A model generated the notes under the pieces. That model saw only the letters and a list, made by a program, of their open reading frames with translations, ran no database searches and had not been told where the DNA came from. Made by a program: the position numbers and the translations under genes. A stretch of DNA of 63,461 nt, counting the filler, from Folioceros fuciformis (lineage: Eukaryota), in the NCBI GenBank assembly GCA_049999805.1. It is 22 parts of 22 records of this genome, joined end to end, with 100 filler letters (N's around TTAATTAATTAA, not from the genome) between each part and the next. Parts side by side here need not be neighbours in the genome. Positions count along the whole stretch, not along the records: positions 35,598 to 37,557 come from JBNGIO010006681.1; positions 37,658 to 41,683 come from JBNGIO010006682.1; positions 41,784 to 43,579 come from JBNGIO010006683.1; positions 43,680 to 47,807 come from JBNGIO010006684.1; positions 47,908 to 49,921 come from JBNGIO010006685.1; 17 more parts are not named here. One strand, 5' to 3'. Below are positions 35,655 to 48,317 of this stretch, in pieces (positions within the stretch are counted from its first letter, which is position 1; each line of letters opens with the position of its first letter).

Positions 35655-37247
35655 ATGGCTCGTGTGTCCCTGCAAGCGACTTCAGGTTGCCTCACCCGCT
35701 CTCGCCAGGCCCAATACTTGCACTGGAATATTCGTCTTGCAATTGCCGGGTCGTCCCTTCACTATCTCAAAGCACGATTTCTAGGTCAGAGGAATCGCAG
35801 ACCGATAGGAGTGAGTTGTTCTCTACATCATGGCTCACGGCTGCATCTTGAAGGGCGGTCACCAGCTCCTCTGCCAACTTCCCTAGCCTCTCTGGATTTT
35901 GATACCGAAGGCCAGCCTAACTCTGTGACTTCGGCATACGTGCACATCCCGTTCTGTCGGCGGCGATGTCACTACTGCGACTTCCCGATCGTGGCAATTG
36001 GGGAGAAGGAGTGGACAGGGCCAGGGCAAGACCATGTCAACAGCAACATGGCAGATTATGTGGACCTGGTCTGCAGAGAGATATCCACTACTGCAAAAGC
36101 CCATCAGAGGCATGCTCTCAAGACGGTATTCTTTGGTGGTGGAACTCCGTCCTTGCTGCCTCCACGCATGCTCTCAACCATCATGGACTGTCTTCGGCGT
36201 CACTTTGGTATAAGAGATGGAGCTGAAGTGTCCATCGAGATGGATCCAGGGACATTCGATGCAACGTCTCTCCAGCTCTTGGTCGACACGGGGGTAACAC
36301 GAGTGTCACTCGGCGTGCAGGCATTTCAAGAGCATCTTCTGAGGAGGTGTGGTCGAGCTCATGGGCTCGAGGATGTCTATGATGCAGTGAATTTACTCCG
36401 ATCAAGCGTCATCAAGAACTGGAGCATGGACATCATCTCGTCGCTGCCGGGTCAGACTCTGGAGCTTTGGGAGCAGACACTGCAGGAAGCCCTTCGAGCT
36501 GGACCAAGTCATATCTCCGTGTATGACTTACAGATCGAGAAGGGCACACAGTTTGATCGCTGGTTTAAACCGGGGCAAGCTCCTCTGCCAACCGATGAAC
36601 TATCTGCTGATTTTTACAGGGTGGCAAGCAAGGTGTTATCAGAAGCAGGATTCGTGCACTACGAGATTAGCAACTATGCCAAGCCAGGTTTTTGCTGTCA
36701 GCACAACAAGGTCTATTGGCTCAACCGGCCCTACTACGCCTTTGGGCTAGGCTCTGCAAGTTATATCGACGGGGTAAGATTTTCCAGGCCTCGGAGGTTG
36801 AAAGAATATGCAGCATTCGTTGACAACCTGGACTCGTCGGCCATACAGGTTCCTCTTGGCCAGCAGAGTGTGGAAGACAGCTTTTTAGATACCATCATGT
36901 TATCCATGAGGCTTGCTCGTGGATTGGACATGCAACAACTCCTGCTCAACTATGGCCATCTACTCACCGTGACGACATTGAAAGCGGTGTTGCCGTATGT
37001 GACAAGCGGACATGTGTTGGTGCTCGATCCTTCCAGAAAAGTACTACCTGTCATGACGCTTATAGAAATTTGCCATGGATGTGGTGATGTTCCGTCTACA
37101 GGAACTGATGTTCGGAACCCTGGCTCGTCTGGTTCGGAACTTCACAGGTTCGCAGTTGTTGGGTTTGTGCGGCTCACTGATCCCGAGGGTTTCTTGTTTT
37201 CCAATGAGGTGATATCGGCCATGTTCGCAGCAGTAGGTTTTCCCTAA
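35655..37247 (+). CDS. HemW/HemN-like radical SAM protein with organellar-type presequence, intronless
   Basis: YVHIPFCRRRCHYCDF, FFGGGTPS, RVSLGVQ, HISVYDL, HYEISNY and HN..YW. Confidence 0.94.
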   Translation: MARVSLQATSGCLTRSRQAQYLHWNIRLAIAGSSLHYLKARFLGQRNRRPIGVSCSLHHGSRLHLEGRSPAPLPTSLASLDFDTEGQPNSVTSAYVHIPFCRRRCHYCDFPIVAIGEKEWTGPGQDHVNSNMADYVDLVCREISTTAKAHQRHALKTVFFGGGTPSLLPPRMLSTIMDCLRRHFGIRDGAEVSIEMDPGTFDATSLQLLVDTGVTRVSLGVQAFQEHLLRRCGRAHGLEDVYDAVNLLRSSVIKNWSMDIISSLPGQTLELWEQTLQEALRAGPSHISVYDLQIEKGTQFDRWFKPGQAPLPTDELSADFYRVASKVLSEAGFVHYEISNYAKPGFCCQHNKVYWLNRPYYAFGLGSASYIDGVRFSRPRRLKEYAAFVDNLDSSAIQVPLGQQSVEDSFLDTIMLSMRLARGLDMQQLLLNYGHLLTVTTLKAVLPYVTSGHVLVLDPSRKVLPVMTLIEICHGCGDVPSTGTDVRNPGSSGSELHRFAVVGFVRLTDPEGFLFSNEVISAMFAAVGFP

Positions 37248-37718
37248 AAGCGGACAACGCTGGAGCCGTCGTCATCTGGGCAGACCATAATTTGCTAAAT
37301 TCAATCTCGCCGGATATTGTTGGGCTAGGGGACTCCAGCGTTGTCTAAAGGGCAATGCACTACCCGACCTGAGATCCCGCCTTTGGTACCTCCCGTTACA
37401 GGGTCAACCTCCACCTGCACCGACCAACCTACCGACGTAACACTCGTCTTACCACGGGTGAATACTCAGACCGGTTGATCCCCCACTACATATGTTGTTT
37501 GACCCTTCGTTGCTTCTGGGGCCATGGCGGACGCCGTGAGGCAGAAGGGGGAGGGCANNNNNNNNNNNNNNNNNNNNNNNNNNNNNNNNNNNNNNNNNNN
37601 NTTAATTAATTAANNNNNNNNNNNNNNNNNNNNNNNNNNNNNNNNNNNNNNNNNNNNGTGCTGCCCGGGCCTGCCGCTCCCCCGCCTGCGCCGCCTCTTC
37701 CGCCGCCGCCATGTCCGC

Positions 37719-38885
37719 ATGCGGGCTTCAGGGCAGGAGGCAGGGCGTCCGCGGAGGGTGGGGGAGGCGGCGCTCTTGCCGCCAGGCGCGGTGCTCTGCG
37801 TGCCTGCTTCCCTGGAGGGCATGGCTGTGGCCATGGCTTCGCCTGGGACAAGGCGGCGTGGACTGGAGGAGTCGGACGCAGTGACGAGGGCAAGGGCGCG
37901 CGACATGGCGGCGCGGGTGCTGTACAGGGACGCGGCCATGGTGGCCGTGGACAAGCCGTGGGGCGTGGCGGTGCAGGGCGGGACGGGGGTGTCGTGGAGT
38001 CTGGACGACGGCGTCATGGCCCGGGCCATGGCGTGCTTCGGGGACGGGGACGGTGACGGTGATGGAGATGTCGGGCCTCTGCGCCTGGTGCACCGGCTGG
38101 ACAAGGACACCACGGGAGTGCTGCTTCTGGCGAGGACGCGGGATGCCGCCACCTTGCTGCACTCGCTCTTCCGGGCCAAGGACCAGGGTCAGGGTAGCGA
38201 GAGCGGGAGCGTGGAGCGCCGCTACTGGGCGCTGGTGCTGGGAGAGCCTGCGGAGCGGGAGGGCAGGATTTCTGCGCCTCTCGTCAGGCTGGTGCTAGAC
38301 GGCGGCGCTTCTGACCGGATCGTGGTGAGTCAGGGATCTGCCGGTCTGTCTAGCTTTGCGCAGAGCGCAGTCACGGAGTATAGGGTTCTGGGGCCTTCCT
38401 TGCTGGGCTGCACCTGGCTGGAGCTGCGGCCTCTCACGGGTAGGAAGCACCAGCTGCGGGTGCACTGCGCGCAGGTGCTGGGCGCGCCCGTTGTCGGGGA
38501 TTACCGATACGGCTGGAGGGCGCACAGGGAGTGGCCGTGGGAGCAACGCTTGAGGGAGGCCAGAGACATAGTTCCCGAGGAGGGCAGGGAGAAGGGGGAT
38601 CTTCTCTCGGCGCAGCCCTGGCTGCACTTGCATTGCCACCAGACTTCTGTTCCGGACGTCGCTGCCTTGCTCCGGGGTGTAGACGTGGCTCTGGCGGAGG
38701 TGTTGAGGTTTGTGGCGCCCTTGCCTCCGCATATGCAGGCAACATGGAATTTCACTATGCCAAAAGGATTGTCAAGGATTAAGAATGCTCCAGAGCCAGC
38801 CCAGGCCAGTTCAAGAAGAGGTATGTTATTAAGCCGGTCGGAAACAGCAACAAAGTCTCATCAGATACAAAGAATCCTCTGGTAG
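37719..38885 (+). CDS. RluA-family RNA pseudouridine synthase (start may lie upstream)
   Basis: DKPWGVAVQGG, LVHRLDKDTTG, TGRKHQLRVH, VVGDYRYG and LHLHC. Confidence 0.93.
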   Translation: MRASGQEAGRPRRVGEAALLPPGAVLCVPASLEGMAVAMASPGTRRRGLEESDAVTRARARDMAARVLYRDAAMVAVDKPWGVAVQGGTGVSWSLDDGVMARAMACFGDGDGDGDGDVGPLRLVHRLDKDTTGVLLLARTRDAATLLHSLFRAKDQGQGSESGSVERRYWALVLGEPAEREGRISAPLVRLVLDGGASDRIVVSQGSAGLSSFAQSAVTEYRVLGPSLLGCTWLELRPLTGRKHQLRVHCAQVLGAPVVGDYRYGWRAHREWPWEQRLREARDIVPEEGREKGDLLSAQPWLHLHCHQTSVPDVAALLRGVDVALAEVLRFVAPLPPHMQATWNFTMPKGLSRIKNAPEPAQASSRRGMLLSRSETATKSHQIQRILW

Positions 38886-38904
38886 CTGGCCATCAAATAT
38901 GACT

Positions 38905-41343
38905 TCAGCCACACTGCTTCTTGAACGTCAAGCATTCTTCCGCCACGAAATCACTGTACAAGGCAAACAGACAGACATCCAGGTCAGAAGGCAACCTAGG
39001 TGACAACGTGGGAGAAGCTGCTGCCGCCGCTTACGAGATGCGCTGTGCCATTTGATTTACGTCCCATCTCGGACTCCAGGGGTAATCAGTGTAAATCCTG
39101 GAGGTAAGAGGCTTGCCCGGTCTGGGATCAAAATGCTGCAAAAAGACGCCACCGGTACTGCGTCACGTAGGCTCAAATTTCTGTTCCCATTGCCAGCCAC
39201 TTTGTCGACGACGCAACACTACCTGAGAGCTCTGGAAAGTAAGAGCGGGCTGCTGCTTAGGAAAGTTGACTGGCAACGCAAGGTGAACCTGCACCAGCGA
39301 GGCAATCGGTTATGAAGAGCGGCCATTTTTCTCCAGGAGCATCATCCGATGACGAAAAAAAAAAAAAGTTCAAGAGGGCGGGAACGATACGCACCAGGAA
39401 TGAGAAGACGCCTGAAGACGCCAGCAGTGTCACCCTCCGAAAGAGTGCCTGCGTTGCAAGTAGTCGGAATGAAACAACAACCGTCACATAACAATCCAAT
39501 CGATTCCCGTCAGACGAGTAATGATAAAAGATTCCTGGGTGAACAAATCATGAAGCGAGCGACCACCGTTTCTGCTTCAAGGGGTCTGCCGAAGTAAAGG
39601 GCCAAAGCTTCTATGAAATGTCGCCGCAGACTGACTGAATCGAAAGCCTCTAGTATCTGCAGGAACAAAAGACAAACATACGTCATCAACCTAGGTCCCT
39701 GGAAAGTATGCGAATTGTTCGCAACAGCTACGCAAACTATGACACGCACCTGTATCTTCAACAACTCCTGCACGTGAGGAAAATACTCCATCAAACAGCT
39801 GCCAGACGAAGAAGGGTGAGGGGTTGGCTGTTGTGCAATGTTTCACTGTTTCAAATGTCGGCCACAAATAGCCAACTTACGTGCGGTCAGGCCAGCCCGG
39901 GAGTTTCACTTCGTCCACATCGAAGATCTCCTTTAACTCAATGGGCGCGAGAAGTCTTAGTTGCGGGGGAGCAGCTCCTCCGTGGAGAGCATACCTGGCC
40001 TGTCACCCAAACATACACCATATTCCGTTATCCGCACGGAAAGACAGCCGTTATCCGCACTGAAAGACAGGGTTGGGCGACAGTTAGGGTTACGAGTAAT
40101 ACTGCAAGTTACAATTCCTAAAGCCAAGGAACCGAAAGGCCGTCTTTAAATCCACCCGACGAACAGGGTTAGCAAGATACGGTGCCGCATATGGCTCCAG
40201 GTGGAGAGGGCATCGAGGGGACCCAATCCCTCCTTACACAATCCGGACACTACTAGGCGTTGAAAGCAAGACATCCAAGAAAATCGGCTTTCGCTCGGAC
40301 AGTGGCACTGAATGATCATCACTCACTTACTTGCAAAGAGATGACAAGATCAGAGGCTGTCCCAGACACGCGAGGAAATCGTCGCATGTCGACGTTCAGC
40401 ACTGGAAAGGACATCAGAACTTCGTCGGCCTGCGATCAAATCTACAACACGATAACGTCCCCACGCATCTTCTGTAAAGTGCGATGAAAAGACTGGAGAC
40501 AGAGGCCAGTTGCGTCAAACTACCTTGTCAGATCCAGATACCAACCGCATCTCCAGGCCCTGTGGAGATATACAGCCATCGCACCAACAAGACACACATC
40601 ATCCAACTCGGCTGCAACAGGCTTAGAGTGGCAGAACATGGAAGAGTAACTGTGAAGTCAGAGAAGAACAACAAACAATAGTACAACTGTGAATGTACTA
40701 CTACGTCCATACAATCTGTGTCTGCAAGCTGTGAAAGTTTCTCCAGTGTACCCAAGAGGCACGGGGTAGGGAGGGAGGTGGAGACAGGTTGACGCAGCTC
40801 ACTCACCTCTGTGAAAGCCATAGTGCTGATCTCGAAACGGACTTGAGGATCCTCCACAGCCTCCACTCGTGACCGTTGATACTTCAGATATAAGTTTCTG
40901 CGTGATTGTGACCAGAATGCATAAGCTACGGCCATCACAAGCCACATCGCCTCAAGCTCTGAAATCAACAACCACCTGAGCTCCAGAATAAGGCGCAGCA
41001 GACGTGAGGGATCGGACACATTCCAATCACGTAGGATGGACCAGGCACCCTTGGGAATCCCGGACTCATCATCAGTCGGAGCTAGGGGCTGAAAATCTTC
41101 ATCATCTGGCCCAAAAATGAAATCTGGCGGAAGCGACGGGTACTCCAAATTGTACAAAACCTCCCCTGCAGAAACGGACAACCCACTAGGGTTACGCAAT
41201 TGCGGAAATGCCTAACAACTCCAATAGGGCATAAGTCTGATCCAGCCCACTTACACTTGAGCAGCTCTAAGCAACAGGGTACAAAGACAGCCAGACGGTC
41301 TGAAGCTCGAGAGTTTGCAGAGCCATCCCGAGGTTGCTCGATC
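38905..41343 (-). CDS. BRE: BRE/BRCC45 (BABAM2) homologue, multi-exon; first exon not located
   Basis: Exons PPDFIFGPDDEDFQPL, LRRHFIEALALYFGRPLEA, FPKQQPALTFQSSQ, DYPWSPRW and DFVAEECLTFKKQCG-stop, with GT-AG introns. Confidence 0.88.
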
Positions 41344-41783
41344 TGCCATTTTCAGAGCCATAATGTAACACATGAGCTGCGAGGAAGACAACCGCCAACG
41401 GACCATGACCGCACTGCACAAACCAGTCGGACTGAGAGTGCTTCCTAATTAACAGAATTCATCAGCCCTAGCCAAGAGCGGGAGCAGCAACCGACACGCA
41501 GGGAGAAATCGCATCCACTCCAAAATGCCACAATTGAGCTGCTGCTAAGGCCTCAAGCTGCAGCATGCCACCCTACAGAGAAGGATTAACGCGAAAACCA
41601 AGGCGAAGGATCCAAATCTCAAGATTTACAAATGTAACTCGACCCCGGCGGCCAAGAAGGGTCAGCGCGCCGAGGCTCGCCTANNNNNNNNNNNNNNNNN
41701 NNNNNNNNNNNNNNNNNNNNNNNNNNNTTAATTAATTAANNNNNNNNNNNNNNNNNNNNNNNNNNNNNNNNNNNNNNNNNNNN

Positions 41784-43579
41784 TGACGGACTTGTTCTTC
41801 CTGGTATAATGCTCCAATAACAGCACTGAGAGTTGGTATGGATTGGCCTACAGGGACAGGTTGACCAGGAACCTGGATAGGGACATTCTGAGTGGTGACG
41901 AAGGTCTGATAGCTAGGAGGAAGACTGAGAAGAAACTGTGACACCACTTCGATCTCAGTGAAGGTAGTGCCAAGGGAGGCTAGTTGAGCACGCAAGTGCC
42001 GGAATTTGCTCGTGTGAGCAGAAACCGAATCTCCCTCTCTCATCTTTAGGTTTATGAATTCTCCTCTAATAGCACACATTGTCATCAAGTTTACTACTTG
42101 GTAGGTAGAAGCTAACTAGTCCTATATAGCTTTGGAAGACTACAGGAATTCTATTTTAGGAACTAAATCAGAATCAAGGCCAGCGATAATCAGTGCAACA
42201 ACTACACTGTTTGCTGTATCCCACTTGATCTTCTGGCCTGGAGTAACGACAGCGCCAAAGACACTTGGATTGGAAGGAGTCCCAGGATTAGGGAAAATGC
42301 CATCCACTACTTTCCAAACTCCACGGGCAACTAATGTAGATTTCGCTCTAACTTTCCAGATATCATAATGAGTTCCATTAAATTGGTCTTTTTCTTTCAG
42401 GTCTCCTGTGAAGGATGGAGACACTGCTCTTAGTTGGATAGGAGAGGTGGGAGCAGCCATGAATGAGTCCACGACAAGCTAGACTATAGGGGAAGACATA
42501 CAGGTAAGAACCATTTCAGATGAAATTGGAAATTGAAATTAGAACCCTAACCGAAAGTCGTCTGACTAATTAGGGCTATTTCAAAATTGTTTATTGCTTG
42601 AAATAACTGAATGAGAGAATAACTGACATAACTGCTGTTCAGGGCGAGGAGAATTGAAGAGACAGCCCTGAATTTGTGGATAAAGCGAGCAACAACTGTG
42701 GTCAATCAGAAAACCCTAACTGCTGTCACTCAACCATCTCAGAAGAAATTCTCTCAAATTAGGTTGCAACAAGGCTTGCAGGCCTTGTGCAATCAGCAGT
42801 CTCATTCGGGATTACGTGCATCGAGTGCAACAATTATGTGATGTACTCAATGCCATGATCAATATCATAACTCATATTGTTTATTTTTCGCTGCAAACGT
42901 TCTTCCATATCATAAATTGATTCAAAAAAAGACTCCTAGAGCGCCTTGAGAAAATCTAACTTCAATTCTCTCCAAATATTTTTGAATTACATCTCCAGAT
43001 AAATCTCCTCCTCTCTTGGCCAGAAACTTGTGGAACGTCCAATTTCTCCTTCGATTTTGGATTTTTTGAACTCGAATAAAGATTCTACTTTATACAAGAG
43101 GGTGAGATTTTTGCTGTCTGGAAGTCATCTTCAAAATCTTGCTCACGTAGCTGAATTCGATGTTGTCTTCGCTCCTGGGCCTACTTGTGCCAAAATGCAC
43201 GGAGTTGAGTCCAATATTCGTCGAGATATTCTTGGCTCCATGGACCTTGTCGGGGTGGCGCAATCCATTCCACTCCTCGGCGAGTTTGATGTTGCAACTC
43301 CCGGGACAATGGTGGATCAACTACCCTCCTACGAGGCATGGTTGCAGGCCCACAAAGATCAGCATCTACAATTAGGCTCTGATACCATGTAACGGAGTCT
43401 CAAGCATCTAACATTAAGAAAAGTGCTAAGCGTGCAAGAGGCTTTGGGGCACACAAGTGAAGGTGCAAAATACTCAACTAAGTCAATAAACACAAAAAGG
43501 TCACATATATACATATAGGGTATGTGCCCTAACTAAAGTAGCTTTAAGTATGTTTATTTAACCCTAAGAGGTTATTTTT
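41784..43579 (-). mobile_element. Ty1/copia element C, 5' half: LTR (43388-43579), iMet PBS (43375-43387), leader and gag
   Basis: TGGTATCAGAGCC on the minus strand. Gag motif YDIWKVRAKSTL..VWKVVDG. Both ends overlap the next contig by 47 nt. Confidence 0.92.
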
Positions 43580-43679
43580 NNNNNNNNNNNNNNNNNNNNN
43601 NNNNNNNNNNNNNNNNNNNNNNNTTAATTAATTAANNNNNNNNNNNNNNNNNNNNNNNNNNNNNNNNNNNNNNNNNNNN

Positions 43680-46600
43680 CTAAAGTAGCTTTAAGTATGT
43701 TTATTTAACCCTAAGAGGTTATTTTTATCTAACACGCCCACTTAACCTCGAACGGGTTCATTATGTTAGAAACTCGATTAAGAATCGTGATACGAAACAG
43801 TGAAAACCCTAAACCCTGAGGCAAGCAGCGCTCCATGACTCACGAACGTTCTCACCAGCCTCATTCAAGGCTGCACGCGAAAGTTTACACCGGCTCCGCG
43901 TGTTGAATCCGTAGCACCCCCACAAGCTCCGCGTGGAGATGGATTTGATATCTAATAAGATCGTTCCCATGGCCTTTTTGGTGAGCTGCCTCCTCTGGCT
44001 GGTCCTTTTCTTGATCGCTGTAGTACCTTGGTTGCTCCCACCAGCTTTCAAAATGGTTAGAAACTAGATCTGTGGGCATACATCTTAGCCTAGGCTTCAG
44101 GTGGCAGGAGGAGCAAATGACTCAGATGATGAAGGGAGCTCCATCTCTGTGGTCTCAGTGGCCTCAGCGAATTCCAGCAAGAAGTGGCCAACAACAAAGG
44201 ACAAGCAGCTGATTCAAGACCTCTTGGGTTTAGACGACAAGTGTGCAAGGTTGGAGAAGGAGTTGGAGGCTACCAAGCTAAGTGCGACTCAACTCACCAA
44301 CATGATCTCTGCTAGACTCAACTCAGGAGGAGGTGATTGCGAGCTGACAGTTGAGGAGTTCGAAGAGGTTCTGGCTGAGCTCTCAAAAGGCGGCTATGAC
44401 ATGCGCAAGGCTTAAATCGCAGTCAGGAAGAAAAAGGAAGGGAAGTAAAGGGTTTGGCGAGGTAGGAAATTCGTTCTTTTGCTCATGACTGCTCCCACGA
44501 CTGGATGTAACTGTAAGGCTTGATCCACTGGGATAGATGTAAGGGAACAAACTCCCACTAACAATGTGCAGAGCTGTAAGCTAGTGAAACTGTTGTTAAG
44601 CAAACAGGGCTATTGCGTCATGATGTAAGTTGGGGAGAAAAATCAATGAGACCTAGACCTTCAACATGTGTCTCATGTTTGTGTCTGGGAAGAGTTTTCG
44701 TCAATATATCCACTATGTTTGCATGTGTATGGACATAGGTAGGGCTAACGACACCTCGTGATTTTACATCCCTAATGTAATGGTGTTGTATCTCTATGTG
44801 TTTGGTTCGAGCGTGGAAACGAGGATGCTCAACAAGTTCTAGGGTAGATGCATTGTCACAGAAGAGGAGGGTTGGCTTAGGCTGTTCAGTGTGGACAAAC
44901 TGGAGAAAAACTCTTTCCCACTCTACCTCTTTTGCTGATTCTGTCAAGCACTTATATTCTACTTTTGTGCTGGGCTGAGCTATGCTTGTCTATTTCTTGC
45001 AGGACCAGCTTATGGCAGCAGATGACAGTAAGAAGACATAGGCAGATAGGCTCCTACGGGAATCTGAATCTGAGGCCTAGTCAGCGTTTGCGAAACCCTG
45101 CAAGGTAGGGGCCAAACTAGTCCGCTTGTAACACAAGCCAAGGTGAGGAGTACCTTTCAAATATCTGAAAATATGTTTAACTGCTGTCCAGTGGCTGCGT
45201 CCAAGGCACTCCAGAAACTGAGAAGTAGTGTTGACAGCATATGTAATATCCGGCCTCGTCCAGTTGCTAACAAAGAGTAGGCTGCCAACGGCATGCCTAT
45301 AAGGTACATCCTTCATATTTGCCTTGTCAAGTACTGAAGTCGAGCAGTCATTCTTGCTGAGTCATGTTCCAACAACAGTAGGAGTAGCGGCAGGATGTGA
45401 TGTGGCCATATGGAATCGCTGTAAAATCTCAAAAATATACTTATGCTAATGGATAATGATCATGCCTTGCTCACAAACTCAAAGGACTTGAATTCCTGGA
45501 TAGAATTTTAGTTCTCCAACATCTATCATCTTGAACTCCTTGTGAAGCATGTCTCGAACTTTTGCTAACAGTGGTTTGTCGGTGGAAGCAAAAATGGCGT
45601 CATCATATATGGCCAGCAAGACATAAGCTTTTCCATCATCATAGATGTACACCGAGGGATCTGCGGGACTCTGCTTAAAGCCAAGGGACTTCGGGCAAGT
45701 TTCTAACCTAGCATTCCAGCGTTCTGCACGACGAATTGGTTGTATAGGAACAGGAATAAGATCAGGAGTATCTCCAGAGTCAGGAGAAGAAGCTATGGAA
45801 CTTTGCTCACTTGAGTCTCCTAAACCTGCATCAGGATTCTGGCCAGGTAACTCAAGATCACCTACAGGTTGTTCAGAGGTGACGTGTTCTTCTGGATTTG
45901 GATCTACGTCGTGATCTGGATTTGCATTGGCAGGAAGAAGCTGTTGGTCTGCAGGTGGAGGAAGGGCATCTTGGTCGACAGAACCATCATCACCATCTAC
46001 ATCACATGGATATTCAGCAAAGTCCTCGGCATACAGAAGATCAGTAGGATGTCCAGGTAAAGTGCCATTCTCTAAAACTAGTGGATTTATTATCTCAATG
46101 AAAGTAACACTCCTAGCGATTGCGGGCTACAAAGTCTTAGGATTAATAAGCTTATAAGATTTGGTTACTTCACTGTAACCAACAAAGAGTAGGGGAAGAG
46201 CCCTATCATCTAACTTTCGCCGTTTCTCTGCAGGCACATATGCAAAGGCTTTGGAGCCAAAAACACGAAGATATGAAATGCTTGGCTTCCGATTCAAGAA
46301 GACTTCATATGGGGTCTTATTGGACAGAGCCTTAGTGGTAAGTAGGTTTAAAAATATAGGTTAATGTGACCACAGCTTCTGCCCAGTATGGAGAAGAGAG
46401 TCCAGACCACAGCAGCATAGATCTGGTCATGCCCATCAAGGTTTGGTTCTTTCTCTTCGCTACACCACTCTGTTGCTGAGTGTAAGGAACAATAAGTTCA
46501 TGTATTATGCCTTTGTCTTCCAGGAATTGTGTGAATACATTACTGACAAATTCGCTGCCATTATCAGATCTGAAAACCTTGAGAAGACGACCAGTCTGCC

Positions 46601-47807
46601 TTTGAACCAAAAGCAACCACTCTTGAAAAAGAGTGAACGTATCACTTTTCTTTTGCATGGGATATGTCCAAGTATATCGACTGAAGTTGTCTATGAAGGT
46701 AAGATAGTATTCTGCTCCACCCAAGAATGGGACTTGCAGTCGTCCAGAAATGTCTGAATGTACTAAATCCAAGATTGCTATTGTTCTGTGAGTAGGTGTA
46801 CAAGGAAATGAAGCTTCACGTTGTTTTGTTAAAACACAAATCTTGCATGTGGGGAGTTCCTTGAAACTTGAAGGTAACAGCTCCCTGTACTTGTCCTGTC
46901 TAGATGATGCCAGGAGTTTAGTCTTGTTAGCATGGCCAAGGCGTGCATGCTAGAGCCTGGCCATCTGGGTAGCTGTTAGGCTGCCATTAGTTGCTGAACA
47001 GACTTGCTCTCGATGTATACAGGAAATGTCTAGGCGATACAACTCTGACTCCAGAAAGGCCTTAAAGATACAGACTTCAGGAGCACTATGTCTAGTGAAG
47101 CAACATACAATCCTTGATACAGTAAGTACTAAACTTTTCATTTTCATGAGTTTGCTCAAGGACATCAAGTTTTTCGCCATCTTTGGGACATATAAGACAT
47201 CTGGAAGCACTAACTCAGAGTCATTATGCAACAGGAACTTGCAGGTTCCATATCCTAAGATACTTAGACTAGTGGCACTACTCTCATCACCAAGGTAGAC
47301 TCTGTCTGGAGCAGAAGAAAAAGTAAGGCAAGTGAAAAGAGACTCGTCCCGACAAATGTGCGCTGTTGCCCCATTGTCCAGGTACCAACTGTCAACCTCA
47401 CTCGCTAGAGTATTTAGACAGATAGTTAGAATCTTTACAACTGGCTTGCCTGAATTTGGTGTTGAGAAATCCATTGTATGCTTATCTTTATTTTTTTAGG
47501 TTGTTGAATTCGCAATTGCTGGACGAGGTGCTATCCTTAGAGGTTTGCCAGCTTTCTTTTTGCGACATTCACAAGCCCAGCGACTAGGCAGTCCACACCA
47601 ATTGCAGTTGCCTTGACGTTTTTGTATATTTGATGAGGAACTCTGGCTGCCATTGTTGGTTGGTCGTTGAGACTGATTTCTTCCACGACCTCGGCCTCTG
47701 CCCCTCCAGGCAGAAAATACCTTGTCATTCTTGCCTTTATGTTGTCCTTGTCCGCGCATGTGACGGACTTGTTCTTCCTGGTATAATGCTCCAATAACAG
47801 CACTGAG
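43680..47807 (-). mobile_element. Ty1/copia element C, remainder: knuckle, PR, INT, partly deleted RT, RNase H, PPT (43735-43743), 3' LTR start (43734)
   Basis: CNWCGLP, WYLDNGAT, LVHSDI and KHIEIQHHYIRD, with many stops. AAGTGGGCG is followed by TGTTAG. Confidence 0.93.
43939..44415 (+). CDS. Putative spliced antisense gene inside element C (exons 43939-43980 and 44101-44415)
   Basis: A GTGAGC..TTCAG 120-nt intron joins the exons in frame. Acidic, coiled-coil-like product. Confidence 0.45.
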
Positions 47808-48317
47808 NNNNNNNNNNNNNNNNNNNNNNNNNNNNNNNNNNNNNNNNNNNNTTAATTAATTAANNNNNNNNNNNNNNNNNNNNNNNNNNNNNNNNNNNNN
47901 NNNNNNNAAGTTGGGAGTCATCATGTATAAAGTTGATTAAAGATGTTGTTTATATGGCCTAGTGCTACGAGGTTGAAATGAAATCAAATGATGTTCAATT
48001 CATTGTTTTTTGGTATTCCAGAATTTATACCCCGGAAGTTGTTTGTCGGATGTTTCAACATCACTTGAGAGATACGCAAATGAAGAAGACAAAATGGTAG
48101 ATGTCACCTCATATTACGTTCTTTTTGTTAAGGGGTGTAAGTGTGTTGCGCTTGGTAGGCTTGTGCAAGCTTATATTAAATTTGTCTTCTTACCATGATG
48201 CAGAATCTACAAAGTGGTCTCAAAGTTTTGGCAAAATATCAAGAGGAGCACAATGTAGACCACCATGAGTTTCTTACAACTCTTCTTCCGGAAGGAGACG
48301 GCAAACCAGTTTGGATA

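Noticed and set aside
43030-43392. 120-aa plus-strand ORF in the element C leader
   Set aside because: GTG start, runs through the PBS, no recognisable features.
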